Of a DNA stretch of 64,000 bases, positions 19,756 to 29,488 are shown one piece after another. Source of the DNA: an uncultured Candidatus Saccharibacteria bacterium. GTDB lineage: Bacteria > Patescibacteriota > Saccharimonadia > Saccharimonadales > Saccharimonadaceae. The notes under the pieces are model-generated. The model ran no database searches. It saw only the letters and a list, made by a program, of their open reading frames with translations, and was not told the origin of the DNA. The position numbers and the translations under genes are program-made. Position 1 is the stretch's first letter. Each line of letters starts with the position of its first letter. The stretch lies in NCBI GenBank assembly GCA_938018005.1, contig CALIJG010000020.1, positions 81,063-145,062 of the forward strand, given 5' to 3'.

Positions 19756-20472
19756 ATGGCGACAGCAGAGCAAACCTCAAGACAACGCAAGCGCGAATAT
19801 CACATGAGAGATATTCCTACTGTACCGAATGCAATCTCGGCTACTGGGCTTGGGCTAGTAGCTGCTGGTGCTAAGAAATTTGACACTGCAACAAAGGAGA
19901 ATGACAAAGCTGGCCAGATCATTGGCGCACTCATGATACTTGGTGGTCGTACATGTGACTTAGCAGATGGCCTAGCAGCGCGAAGTCTTGGCCAAGAGAA
20001 TGACCTTGGTGCGGGGTTTGATGCTTTTTGCGACAAATTCGGTATGGTAGTGATTGGTGTAATAGCAGGCAAAACCCATGTTGTGCCCAAATCAGTTCTA
20101 ACAACAATTGCTGCTAAGAATGCCGTCAATACTGGCGCGACCGTCTATCATGGCCTCACAAATGATGAAGCCTTCCGTACGCCAAAATCAGGCAAGTTCA
20201 GTATGGCAGCAGATAATATAGCAATTGCTGCCTATTTTCTCAAGTCGCTCGCTCCTGAGGGGAGTAAGCTTGAGCGTTGTGCTGGTGTAGCAGCACTAGG
20301 GTCGTTTGCTGCAGGTGCTGTCCTTGGTGTCGCCGCTGCGAAAGACTATCTCACTGGCCACTATGCCAAAGCTAAAGACTACAGTAAATCTACCGAGTCC
20401 ACCTCAGCAGCAAACACCCCACCACGGCAACCTCGCACCCGTATGCGTCGCACACGCCGCGTGCGTGGGTGA
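19756..20472 (+). CDS. CDP-alcohol phosphatidyltransferase family protein
   Basis: Exact match to the family pattern DG-x2-AR-x8-G-x3-D-x3-D in DLADGLAARSLGQENDLGAGFDAFCD. Several hydrophobic segments. Possible later start at 19804. Confidence 0.55.
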   Translation: MATAEQTSRQRKREYHMRDIPTVPNAISATGLGLVAAGAKKFDTATKENDKAGQIIGALMILGGRTCDLADGLAARSLGQENDLGAGFDAFCDKFGMVVIGVIAGKTHVVPKSVLTTIAAKNAVNTGATVYHGLTNDEAFRTPKSGKFSMAADNIAIAAYFLKSLAPEGSKLERCAGVAALGSFAAGAVLGVAAAKDYLTGHYAKAKDYSKSTESTSAANTPPRQPRTRMRRTRRVRG

Positions 20473-20687
20473 TGCGATTGATGATTCGTGTAGCATTCTT
20501 TATCGACAGCCAGACTTCTTATATATTTTCCGCACTATCAGCAATGCCCCTGCCTATAGACCAGGGAGGGGGAGAGGGTATTCTTAATGTATCCAATTTG
20601 CATTCCATTCTACTTTGCGGTATCATAGGCGCTTGATTAGATAGATTAACAGCAAGCATATAACTATAACAAGCGAGTAGATAATCA

Positions 20688-23063
20688 ATGAGCAAACACA
20701 CACAACTAGTCATCGTCGAGAGCCCAGCCAAGGCCAAGACAATCGAGCGCTACCTGGGCGGGGAATATCAGGTGCTCTCGAGCGTAGGGCACATTCGTGC
20801 CATCCCCAAAAAGACCAAGGATGGACAACCGCCGATCGATATCAAAAACGACTTCAAGACCGTCTACGAGATCGATCCAGACAAGAAGAAGGTCATCACC
20901 GAGCTCAAAAAGGCTGTAAAGGCAGTTGGAGCAGATCATGTGTGGCTTGCAACCGATGAAGACCGCGAGGGGGAGGCGATTGCCTGGCACCTGTGCGAAG
21001 TCCTTGGCCTAGACCCGCAGCGCACCAAGCGCATCACGTTCCATGAGATTACCAAGCCCGCCATCGAGGCAGCCATCAAACAACCTCGCACCGTAGATAT
21101 GCAGCTCGTGGAGGCGCAGCAGGCACGGCAGATCCTCGACCGCATCGTAGGCTTCGAGCTAAGCCCTGTGGTGTGGCGCAAGGTGCCGGGTGGCAAATCA
21201 GCTGGCCGTGTGCAAAGCCCAGCGGTCCGCCTGCTTGTGGAGCGTGAGCGTGAGATTCGTGACTTTGCGAGTAGTGCACAGTTCCGCGTAACAGCGCATT
21301 TTGCCGTAGATGGCGAGGAGCTCAAGGCCGAGCTCAAGCAGCGCTTCGACAGCGAGCAAACCGCCCACGATTTCTTAACGGGGCTGAGTGGCGCTCGTTT
21401 CACCGTCAGCAGCATTACCAAGACGCCCAGTACGCGCAACCCCGCTGCACCATTTACCACCAGTACCCTCCAACAGGAGGCCAATAGTAAGCTTGGCATG
21501 GGCAGCCGCGCTACCATGGCGAGTGCTCAGAAACTCTACCAAGAGGGGCTCATTACCTATATGCGTACCGATAGCGTCAATCTCAGCCGTCAGGCCATTG
21601 CCGCAAGCCGTACATACATTACTCAGCACTTTGGTGCCGACTATTCACACAGTCGCACCTTCACCACGAAGTCAGCTGGTGCCCAAGAGGCTCACGAAGC
21701 CATCCGCCCGACCGATATCGCCCGCGAATCCGTCGCTGGCAGCAGTTACGACCAAAAGCTCTACGACCTCATCCGCCGGCGCACCCTAGCCAGCCAAATG
21801 GCCGCTGCGAAGCTAGAGAACACCACCATTACCATCAGCATCGACAGCACACAGCTGAGGCTAGAGAAAACACTCGTCTTTGAGGCAAAGGGTCAGACAG
21901 TGCTGTTTGACGGCTTTTTGCGCGTCTATGGCGGTAAGGATTCGACCATCCTGCCATCAGTCAGCCAGCACACAATTCTTGAACTTACACAGGCCGAGGC
22001 GCGGCAGGTCTTTGCTCGCCCACCAGCGCGCTATACCGAGGGGACGCTCGTCAAGAAGCTTGAAGAGCTTGGTATTGGTCGGCCCAGCACATACGCCACC
22101 ATCATGAACACCATCCAGACTCGTGGCTATGCTGAGCGAGGCGAGAGCGAGGGTGAACCACGTGATGTCATCGTCCTGGAGCGTACGGGCGAGATCCCAA
22201 GCGATGATACCCCTGTCGTCACTCGTCGCATCGTCCAAGAAAAAACTGGTGCTACCCGTGGCAAACTACTGCCAACCCCAGCGGGAGAGCTAATCGCTGG
22301 CTTCTTGACGAACCATTTCGACCCCATCATTGACTATGGCTTCACCGCCCGCGTCGAGACCGATTTCGATGACATCGCTGCCAGCAAGCTTGCGCGCAAT
22401 GCCATGCTGCGCCAATTTTACGAGCCCTTCCACGAGCTCATCGAAAAATCCGGCGACATCGACCGCAGCACTGTTGGCGCTCACCGCGAGGTTGGCACTC
22501 ACCCCAAGACTGGCAAGCCGATCTTCGCCCGCTTTGGGCGCTTTGGGCCAATGCTACAGCTAGGCAGTAGCGATGATAAGACAACTAAGCCACAGTTTGC
22601 GCCACTCCCCAAGGGTGAGCGCATCGAGACCGTCACGCTCGAGCAAGCTCTCAAGGCCTTCGAACTACCACGCACTGTTGGCACCACCGAGGATGGTCAG
22701 ACCATCAAGGCAAACGTCGGGCGTTTTGGGCCGTATATTCAGGTAGGCAAGCTCTACGTGAGCCTCAAGGAGCACGACCCGCGCGAAATTACCGAGGCCG
22801 AGGCTCGCGTGCTCTACGCCGCCAAGCTCAAGGCCGAGGCAGAGAAGCACATCGCCGATTTTGGCGCTATCAAAATCCTCAAGGGACGCTGGGGGCCATA
22901 TGTGACTGACGGCAAGACCAACGCACGTATACCCAAGGATACTGATCCAACAACTCTGGATGAGGCGCAAGCCCGCGAAATCTTGGCCGCCGCACCACCC
23001 AAACGCGGCCGGCGCAAGACCGCAGCCCGCACCACCACCACGCGTAAGAAGCGCACCGCCTAG
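20688..23063 (+). CDS. topA: DNA topoisomerase I
   Basis: N-terminal Toprim (LVIVESPAKAKTIERYLG), core domains, and a C-terminal Lys/Arg-rich tail. Confidence 0.9.
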   Translation: MSKHTQLVIVESPAKAKTIERYLGGEYQVLSSVGHIRAIPKKTKDGQPPIDIKNDFKTVYEIDPDKKKVITELKKAVKAVGADHVWLATDEDREGEAIAWHLCEVLGLDPQRTKRITFHEITKPAIEAAIKQPRTVDMQLVEAQQARQILDRIVGFELSPVVWRKVPGGKSAGRVQSPAVRLLVEREREIRDFASSAQFRVTAHFAVDGEELKAELKQRFDSEQTAHDFLTGLSGARFTVSSITKTPSTRNPAAPFTTSTLQQEANSKLGMGSRATMASAQKLYQEGLITYMRTDSVNLSRQAIAASRTYITQHFGADYSHSRTFTTKSAGAQEAHEAIRPTDIARESVAGSSYDQKLYDLIRRRTLASQMAAAKLENTTITISIDSTQLRLEKTLVFEAKGQTVLFDGFLRVYGGKDSTILPSVSQHTILELTQAEARQVFARPPARYTEGTLVKKLEELGIGRPSTYATIMNTIQTRGYAERGESEGEPRDVIVLERTGEIPSDDTPVVTRRIVQEKTGATRGKLLPTPAGELIAGFLTNHFDPIIDYGFTARVETDFDDIAASKLARNAMLRQFYEPFHELIEKSGDIDRSTVGAHREVGTHPKTGKPIFARFGRFGPMLQLGSSDDKTTKPQFAPLPKGERIETVTLEQALKAFELPRTVGTTEDGQTIKANVGRFGPYIQVGKLYVSLKEHDPREITEAEARVLYAAKLKAEAEKHIADFGAIKILKGRWGPYVTDGKTNARIPKDTDPTTLDEAQAREILAAAPPKRGRRKTAARTTTTRKKRTA

Positions 23064-23198
23064 CCTGGCGACCTCTCATATACCAGCGGCTCCTCTGTAC
23101 TGGCCGCTGGTTTTTCTATGCCAGCCCGCATTGCTGCGAACCCGTCAACTGCCCCGTCATGCTCGCCACATCACTTGCAAATGAAAAGCCTCAAAAAA

Positions 23199-23232
23199 TT
23201 GTTTACCATAAGCGTAAAGTGTGTGCTATAAT
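23199..23232 (+). promoter_or_regulatory. sigma70-like promoter with extended -10 (TGcTATAAT)
   Basis: gtgtgcTATAAT at 23221-23232 with a TTACCA-like -35 18 bp upstream. Lies about 95 bp before the 23327 start. Confidence 0.4.
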
Positions 23233-23326
23233 AGTTCTATGATGAAACGATTGACTTATATCACCTATTATTCTATAATCAAATGTAAGAAGTGCGAGTG
23301 GGCATTCGCAAGCAACTGAGAAGGAA

Positions 23327-24427
23327 ATGGAGAACCGAATCATGAACCAATCAACCAAACAACCAACCGAAATTTTTGCCGCGTCGATCGCTACCATCCT
23401 TGATGCAGTCGGCGAAGAACACGACCGCGAGCGCGAGATCATCGTGCGCCGCTTTGGCCTCAAAGAGCGCCGCGAAACGCTCGAGCAGATCGGCGAGCTG
23501 CTCGGTATTACGCGCGAGCGTGTCCGCCAGCTCGAGAAAGCCATCGTGGTGCGCCTCAAGCTTGCCGCCGAAGCAGGTGAGCTAGAGGGCCTACACGACG
23601 CCGAGCGTCTCATCATCCGCGACCTCTCCGAGAATGGCCGTGTGGGGCGCGTCTCAGACATCACACAGCGCCTGCTAGACGTTGAGACACCCACAGTGCA
23701 GCAGCGCGCCCACATTGCCTTCATCGGCGAAGTGTCGGCCCGCCTCACCCCCATCAACGAGACCGACAAATACCACCAAGGCCTGGCCATTGCCGAATAC
23801 GGCGATGAGAAGGCGGTGCGAAGCCGTGTAGATGAGATCGTTGCTGCCATCAAGCAGCATGGCGCGCCCATCAGCCTCGAAGCCCTGCATGACCAACTCA
23901 CCTACGAGAACCCTAACCAAGTGCGCGGCCTCGCCAGCCTCTCTACCCAGTTGGCCCACCTCAAAGATATGTGGGGCCTGAGCAAGTGGCCAACCGTTAA
24001 TCCCAAGAATATCCGCGACAAGATCTACGTCGTCCTGCTAGACGAAGGCAAGCCACTACACTTTAGCGAGATTGCTCAGCGCATCAAGGAGAGCACCTTC
24101 AAGCGCCGTAACGTCACCAAGCAAGCCATCCACAACGAGCTCATCAAAGACAAGCGCTTCATCCTCATCGGCCGTGGCATTTATGCGCTCGACATCTGGG
24201 GCTATAGCCAAGGCACCGTGGCTGATATCATTGCTGGTATCTTGCGCGACGAGGGTGGCCCATTGCACCGCGACGAGATCGTCAAGCGCGTCCTCAAGAG
24301 CCGCCAGGTCAAGGAGACCACCATCCTCCTCAACCTCCAAAGCAAACCACTCTTCAAGCGCGTCGCCAAAGCCACCTACGCCCTCGAACCACCCAAGGAG
24401 CAAGCAGAGGCGGTCGCAGCAGCGTAG
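23327..24427 (+). CDS. sigma-70 region-4-like HTH plus repeated HARE-HTH-like winged-helix modules; putative transcription factor
   Basis: LEQIGELLGITRERVRQLEKAIVVRL resembles sigma70 region 4.2. The C-terminal half has two to three modules of the form GKPLHFSEIAQRI...RFILIGRGIYALDIW and GGPLHRDEIVKRV...ATYAL, like the HARE-HTH of the RNAP delta subunit and its relatives. Confidence 0.55.
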   Translation: MENRIMNQSTKQPTEIFAASIATILDAVGEEHDREREIIVRRFGLKERRETLEQIGELLGITRERVRQLEKAIVVRLKLAAEAGELEGLHDAERLIIRDLSENGRVGRVSDITQRLLDVETPTVQQRAHIAFIGEVSARLTPINETDKYHQGLAIAEYGDEKAVRSRVDEIVAAIKQHGAPISLEALHDQLTYENPNQVRGLASLSTQLAHLKDMWGLSKWPTVNPKNIRDKIYVVLLDEGKPLHFSEIAQRIKESTFKRRNVTKQAIHNELIKDKRFILIGRGIYALDIWGYSQGTVADIIAGILRDEGGPLHRDEIVKRVLKSRQVKETTILLNLQSKPLFKRVAKATYALEPPKEQAEAVAAA

Positions 24428-24663
24428 CTCTAGACAAACAATACACCAATAAGAGACGGAGCGATGAGAGCTTCGTCTCTTTTGGTTATAATAGGTATGG
24501 CTACAATAATGGTACGAGGTCTATCCAGGATAATTCATCTCGATAGATGAAGCGCCTGGCAGGGTATTGGCTATTGGTTTTGGTCATAGCAAACGCAGTT
24601 TCTTATTCAATTTTGATATAACAGGTGGAATATATATATATATCATGCTAGAATACTGCCATT

Positions 24664-25401
24664 ATGACAATCTATTCATCTCACACCTACACCGTCACCG
24701 ACCAAGCAGCCCGCTGGAACGCTAATTCCGCAGCACGTCTGCACGAATTAGGATCAAACGACGACCCATCGTATCGGGCGCTCTCGCATCTTATCCTGCA
24801 GAAACTGACCGGATTATTACCGGACGGTCATGGTAGCGTACTTGATGTTGGCTGTGGCATTGGGTTTTTGTCCAGCCATATTGCATCACTTGGTTTTACG
24901 GTAGTTGGAATTGATCCAGCTGATCAAGGTATTGAGATTGCTTCCACAACGCATACACAGCCTCATCTTCAATTTGAAGCCACGTCTCTTGAAGACTATG
25001 CCTACAACCATCCCAACGCTTCCTTTGATGCACTCGTGGCAAATATGGTGTTGCATTGTGTGCCTAACCATTATTCATTCTTTGCTGCAGCAGCTCGGCT
25101 TCTTGCGGCTGACGGTGCGTTTATAGCAACATTGCCCAACCCAGATACCTATCTGCCAGGAAGAAGCGATGTAGATGTATCTGACTATAACATGCAAACA
25201 TCTTACGTCTTTGAAATCCCGTTTCGGATTCATGGCAAGGACGCGCATCCAGAGCGAGTTCTTTTCTTTCATCGGCCAATGAAGGAATATATTGCTGCGG
25301 CTACGGAGGCAGGATTAGCGGTGTCGGATTTCTCGGTGCCTGAGCAAATTGGTGTTGGGCGAGCCAAACGCATCTCAGTGCTCATCCTCACAAAAGCATA
25401 A
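24664..25401 (+). CDS. class I SAM-dependent methyltransferase
   Basis: Motif I VLDVGCGIGFLS and a Rossmann-like core. An (AT)n tract is embedded in its promoter (24628-24645). Confidence 0.75.
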   Translation: MTIYSSHTYTVTDQAARWNANSAARLHELGSNDDPSYRALSHLILQKLTGLLPDGHGSVLDVGCGIGFLSSHIASLGFTVVGIDPADQGIEIASTTHTQPHLQFEATSLEDYAYNHPNASFDALVANMVLHCVPNHYSFFAAAARLLAADGAFIATLPNPDTYLPGRSDVDVSDYNMQTSYVFEIPFRIHGKDAHPERVLFFHRPMKEYIAAATEAGLAVSDFSVPEQIGVGRAKRISVLILTKA

Positions 25402-27254
25402 GTCTTTATTTTAGTGGATCACAAACAGCCTGAAAATAAGTGAGAGCTCAAGTCTACAGGTTAAGAGAAATAACGATAGGGAAGTGTAGCCTCCCCTCCC
25501 GCCCCGAACACTACATATACTCAGCTATAACAGAGGTAATTTGCCGCCTGGACAACTATCGTATACACATGATGGCTGCGAATATTTGCGTGTGATTTTG
25601 CGCTCATAGGCTTATGTATCGGCCGTTTGTATGCAAGATAATTCCACCACAGGCTACAATTTGCTCATATATACCTCTTGTATCTATTCCTTTGCAGAGT
25701 AAAGTACACAGCAAAAGCGCAACAGTCAGCAACCAAAAAGGGCAGGGCAAGGCAGGGGAGTCTGCCACCCTTTCGCCAAAAATTCCCGGCAACCGCCCTA
25801 CCCCTGTTTCTGCATCATTGCACCAGCCTCTACCACTGATAATTTCGTATCTAAGGTACGTTCTCGTGGTATGCTTCGCCTTAGCTGTAGCTCTCTGCTC
25901 ACCTTCGGTTTCTTCTGTACTTATACTTATTATCCCTCAGGTTAGCCAAAGAGGTCATACTTGCCCTTGCAGATGCATAACCACTGCTTATAGCAGTAAC
26001 AGCCAAACAGCATCACACTGCAAGCAAATATACCGAGACATTCACAAGCCTACAGCACCAAGTTAGCATACTACACAATATAGCAAGCGATCACGCACAG
26101 CAAAGTAGCAGCCAGCAGCAAAGCATAAGCATAAACATCAGCGTTAATAGACAAGGGGATGATAAGCTGCAACGTGCTGTAATCTATGCGTGCATAATAA
26201 TTCACACCCACGCAGCAGTGGGGTAGATGCAAAAGATGTATCATTAATCATCTTTAGGAGTGTAATATAACTTCGCACAATAATCCTTTTACGATGCATA
26301 TATAGATCTGACCCCAGATACGGCCCAAATTAAGCTGGGTTTGGCGGTTATGGGCTTTATGAGCATAAGACGCATATCCGGTATAGATCTTCGATTATTG
26401 ATCGATCTTGCTTCTTGTTCAGCAGGTTCACTTAAGATATCTGCGCCATCCAATGGGGAGAGTAAGGATAGAGCCGTGGACTTATATGTCCTGCAAAGGT
26501 AAAAGTACACGCTTGTTCTATTGGAGGGAACACACGGCGCATATATTCATGAACATTCGCGTGTGCAAAGTTATGTACATTTGTACGTGTGAGTGTGTCT
26601 GATTGCCGCGCAAGGTTTGCAACTTGTCTGTGCAATGGCTCGATATCAAACAAATGAGCGCGGCTGCAGATCTAGGTATGCGCGCTCTGGTCTCGTATTT
26701 GCCTGGCGTCATGCCAGTGCTTGCCCAGACTCCACAGGCTGTCTGCCGTGTTGCTTTGTTTGACATTTTGTTTGCTTAGTATTTTTGCTATGTTTTCTAC
26801 CCTGCTTGGATTGACCGAAATTAAAATACTATACAATATCATGATTTGACTTTTCTGCAAAAAACATCTCCCCTACTATTTTTTGCATTTTGTTGATTTT
26901 GTAGTATAGATATAGTATTTGCATTTTTTATGTTTTGTTATGTAAAGTGTTGTAAATTTGTTCTTGTTTTGCAGAACAGCTCCCCTGCCCTTTGCTGAGA
27001 TACGCTGTAGGTATTGACCGCGATCAATTACATACCTTCAGTAGTTCTTGCACTGTTTCTTTTGTCACGCCGCTCTATTCTCTGGAATATTAATGGAATG
27101 GTCTCTAGTATCTTTCTTACACAGCCGTTCCTGGTGCGGCGCTTGTGATGGATTTAGCCTCACTACAACACCGTGTTCAGTGGAGCAGCTACTTGTTAGA
27201 GATATCAAAAATTCTTAACATTAAAAACATAAATGCTCTATTGTCAATACCCCA
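25402..27254. other. ~1.85-kb ORF-poor tract with an AT-rich 3' part
   Basis: No ORF with credible composition or RBS; the largest (25614..26066) has odd composition. Local hairpins are present, and 26760-27000 is AT-rich with repeated TGCARAACA-CTCCCCT motifs. Confidence 0.4.
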
Positions 27255-28182
27255 CTACCGATACGCCGCTCGGCCACTGACGCGGACATCGAGATATTTG
27301 GGAGTGATGTGGTGCTGCGCCAGATAGCGAATGGCCCGGGCGGCATCCTCGCTCTGCAGGCCAGCCGAGCGATCGACCGAGAACTTAACAGGATACTCCA
27401 CCCCTGTAAACCAAACGTAGATTTGACGAGTTGTGCCAGCAGGCAGCGTGATTTTTTGGACGGTGAGCTGGTGGCGACGGACTGCGCCAACGACTTTGCC
27501 GATGAAGCCGAGAAATTGGTTGCTGGCAACGACTTGGTTGTTGCGCGTGCCGATACCACTGTCGTCTACTACTTCAATGCTTGGCCGTGGCCCATAAGCG
27601 CGGCGAAAGGCGTGGCCCTCAGTATCAACAAAGAGTTGCTGGCGATTAACCGTCCAGACCACCGCTGCTTGGCGCATAGCAAGAGTGATAGTGCTGCGCC
27701 CCAGGCCAGCTTGCTGCGTGGCTGGGAGTACTGCAGCAACCTCGGGGCAATCATGCGTCTGGAGATAGGCCGCCAGCCGACTAGTATTGAGCGCAAAGCG
27801 AAAACGCTCCAGCGGATGGGCAGTGAGATAGTCGTTGATCTTGGCTTGGTAGAGCTGATGATTGCTAGTGAGATTGCCTGCAACAACTGGTGTCGCAATG
27901 ACGTTATCAAGCGCAAACCACACTGCAGCCAGCAGCCCCACTACCACTCCAAGCGACAATGCCACATGGCGACGCGTCCGGCGCAAATCATGCGCATGCA
28001 TACGCGGCGACCGCAGCTGCGCCTTGGGCTCGCCCGCGCTGGGCACGCGGCTCACTAAGCTACCAGTCAGTGTACGGTTACGCCGGTAGGTGTAGGCGGT
28101 GCGTTGGAGCTGCTCTTCCCTCTTGTTTTTGGCAGCTCGGCGGCGCGCTGGTGGTGGTGTTTGTTTTGTGCGAAAGCCCATG
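27255..28182 (-). CDS. FtsQ/DivIB-like cell-division protein (POTRA-type)
   Basis: Positioned directly downstream of murG in the dcw cluster. Basic cytoplasmic N-terminus, single TM (VALSLGVVVGLLAAVWFAL), and periplasmic domain. Start at MGFRTKQ; a longer alternative is possible. Confidence 0.6.
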
Positions 28183-28336
28183 ATGCTACAGGCCATTATA
28201 CCGTAGATGGTTGGTTGTTGGCAAAGGCTACTGACCATCAAACCAGCCAGCCAAATTAATTGATCACTGAGCTCTCAAGTGGTGAAGAACCCCGTCATTT
28301 TGACGGAGTGAGACGTGCGTTCTGGTCTTACCTATC

Positions 28337-29488
28337 CTACTTCTGACGCCGAGCCGTCTCTACCACCATTTGCGCTACATCGCGGGCAGCGTAGGGACGT
28401 GCATAGGTGTGAAGGCGCTGAGCAAGCTGCTGGCGCTGCGCAGGGTCGCGCATGAGGGTAAGAATGGCTTGGCCAAGGGCATCACTCTGCTCTAGGGCGT
28501 CGTCTTGCAAGACCAGCGCAGCCTTGGCTTCGGCATAGATGGCAGCATTTTTGCGTTGGTCGCCCAGGTGATGGGCCGGCACCAAGATAGCCGCCTGAGC
28601 GAGGCCAGCGAGCTCCTGCGTGAAGGTGGCACTGGCGCGTGATACTACCACATCGGCTGCACCGAGCAATTGCGCCATATGCTCGAAAACGAAGGGTACG
28701 CAGTGAAAATCGGGGTGCTGCGGCGCTTTGGCCTGGGCGGCATCGTAATTGCCCTTGCCCGCCACCAGATAGACCTGCATGCCAGCAGCCAGTAGGTCAT
28801 CGGCAGCGCGCAGCACCGCGTGATTGATAATAGCCGAGCCAAGACCACCACCGGTAGCAACGACTAATGGCTTATGCGGATCAAGCGAGAAGGTCTGCCG
28901 TGCCTGCTGCCGCTGAGCCGGAGTGAGCGGACGAAAATCAGCGCCAATCGGCACCCCCACATAGCGGCTACGCGATGCTGGATAGTGGTAATGCTTGAGT
29001 GGCCAGCCTGTAGCAATCGCTGCTGCCCAGCGTGCCATCACGCGGTTAGTCAGGCCAGGGCGAGCATCGGAGTCGTGAATCACTACTGGTACGCGTAGGC
29101 AGCGCGCCGCAATGCCAACCGGCAAGCACACAAACCCCCCCTTGGCAAAGATCACATCTGGCCGCCAGCGCAGCACCAGCCAGAGACTCTGACATACGCC
29201 AGCCAGGATCTTAAAGATATCTAGTATATTAGCCAGGACGATACTTGGCATAAGCAACTGGCGCACCACACTGAGGTGCTGGTAGCGCCGGAACTTGCCC
29301 GCAGCGATTGTCCGCACCCGCACTGGCACTGCAGCGTGCTGCATAAGCCCGCGCGATTGGCTAGCGAAGGCCTTATCGCAGACGAAGGTCACCTGCACAT
29401 CGGGCTGGAGGGCTGCGATTTCATTAATGACGGCGACGACCGGCGTAACGTGCCCGCCCGATCCACCGCCGACTGCCAGTAGCTTCAT
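28337..29488 (-). CDS. murG: undecaprenyldiphospho-muramoylpentapeptide beta-N-acetylglucosaminyltransferase MurG
   Basis: MKLLAVGGGSGGHVTPVVAV N-terminal glycine-rich motif, GT-B fold, and dcw context. RBS AGGAGA precedes the ATG. Confidence 0.85.
   Translation of the reverse strand: MKLLAVGGGSGGHVTPVVAVINEIAALQPDVQVTFVCDKAFASQSRGLMQHAAVPVRVRTIAAGKFRRYQHLSVVRQLLMPSIVLANILDIFKILAGVCQSLWLVLRWRPDVIFAKGGFVCLPVGIAARCLRVPVVIHDSDARPGLTNRVMARWAAAIATGWPLKHYHYPASRSRYVGVPIGADFRPLTPAQRQQARQTFSLDPHKPLVVATGGGLGSAIINHAVLRAADDLLAAGMQVYLVAGKGNYDAAQAKAPQHPDFHCVPFVFEHMAQLLGAADVVVSRASATFTQELAGLAQAAILVPAHHLGDQRKNAAIYAEAKAALVLQDDALEQSDALGQAILTLMRDPAQRQQLAQRLHTYARPYAARDVAQMVVETARRQK

Noticed and set aside
25614-26066. 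150-aa ORF in the 1.85-kb ORF-poor tract
   Set aside because: Low-complexity, Cys/Ser/Pro-rich composition unlike neighbouring genes, with no RBS and no recognisable motif.
26915-26950. TTATGTAAAGT resembling a XerD arm of a dif site
   Set aside because: The upstream 11 nt do not form the required imperfect inverted XerC arm (no CATAA), so a 28-bp dif architecture is absent.
27309-28058. 249-aa plus-strand ORF inside the ftsQ-like gene
   Set aside because: It lies antisense to a gene whose position and topology fit the dcw cluster, and it has no RBS. This is a typical GC-rich shadow frame.
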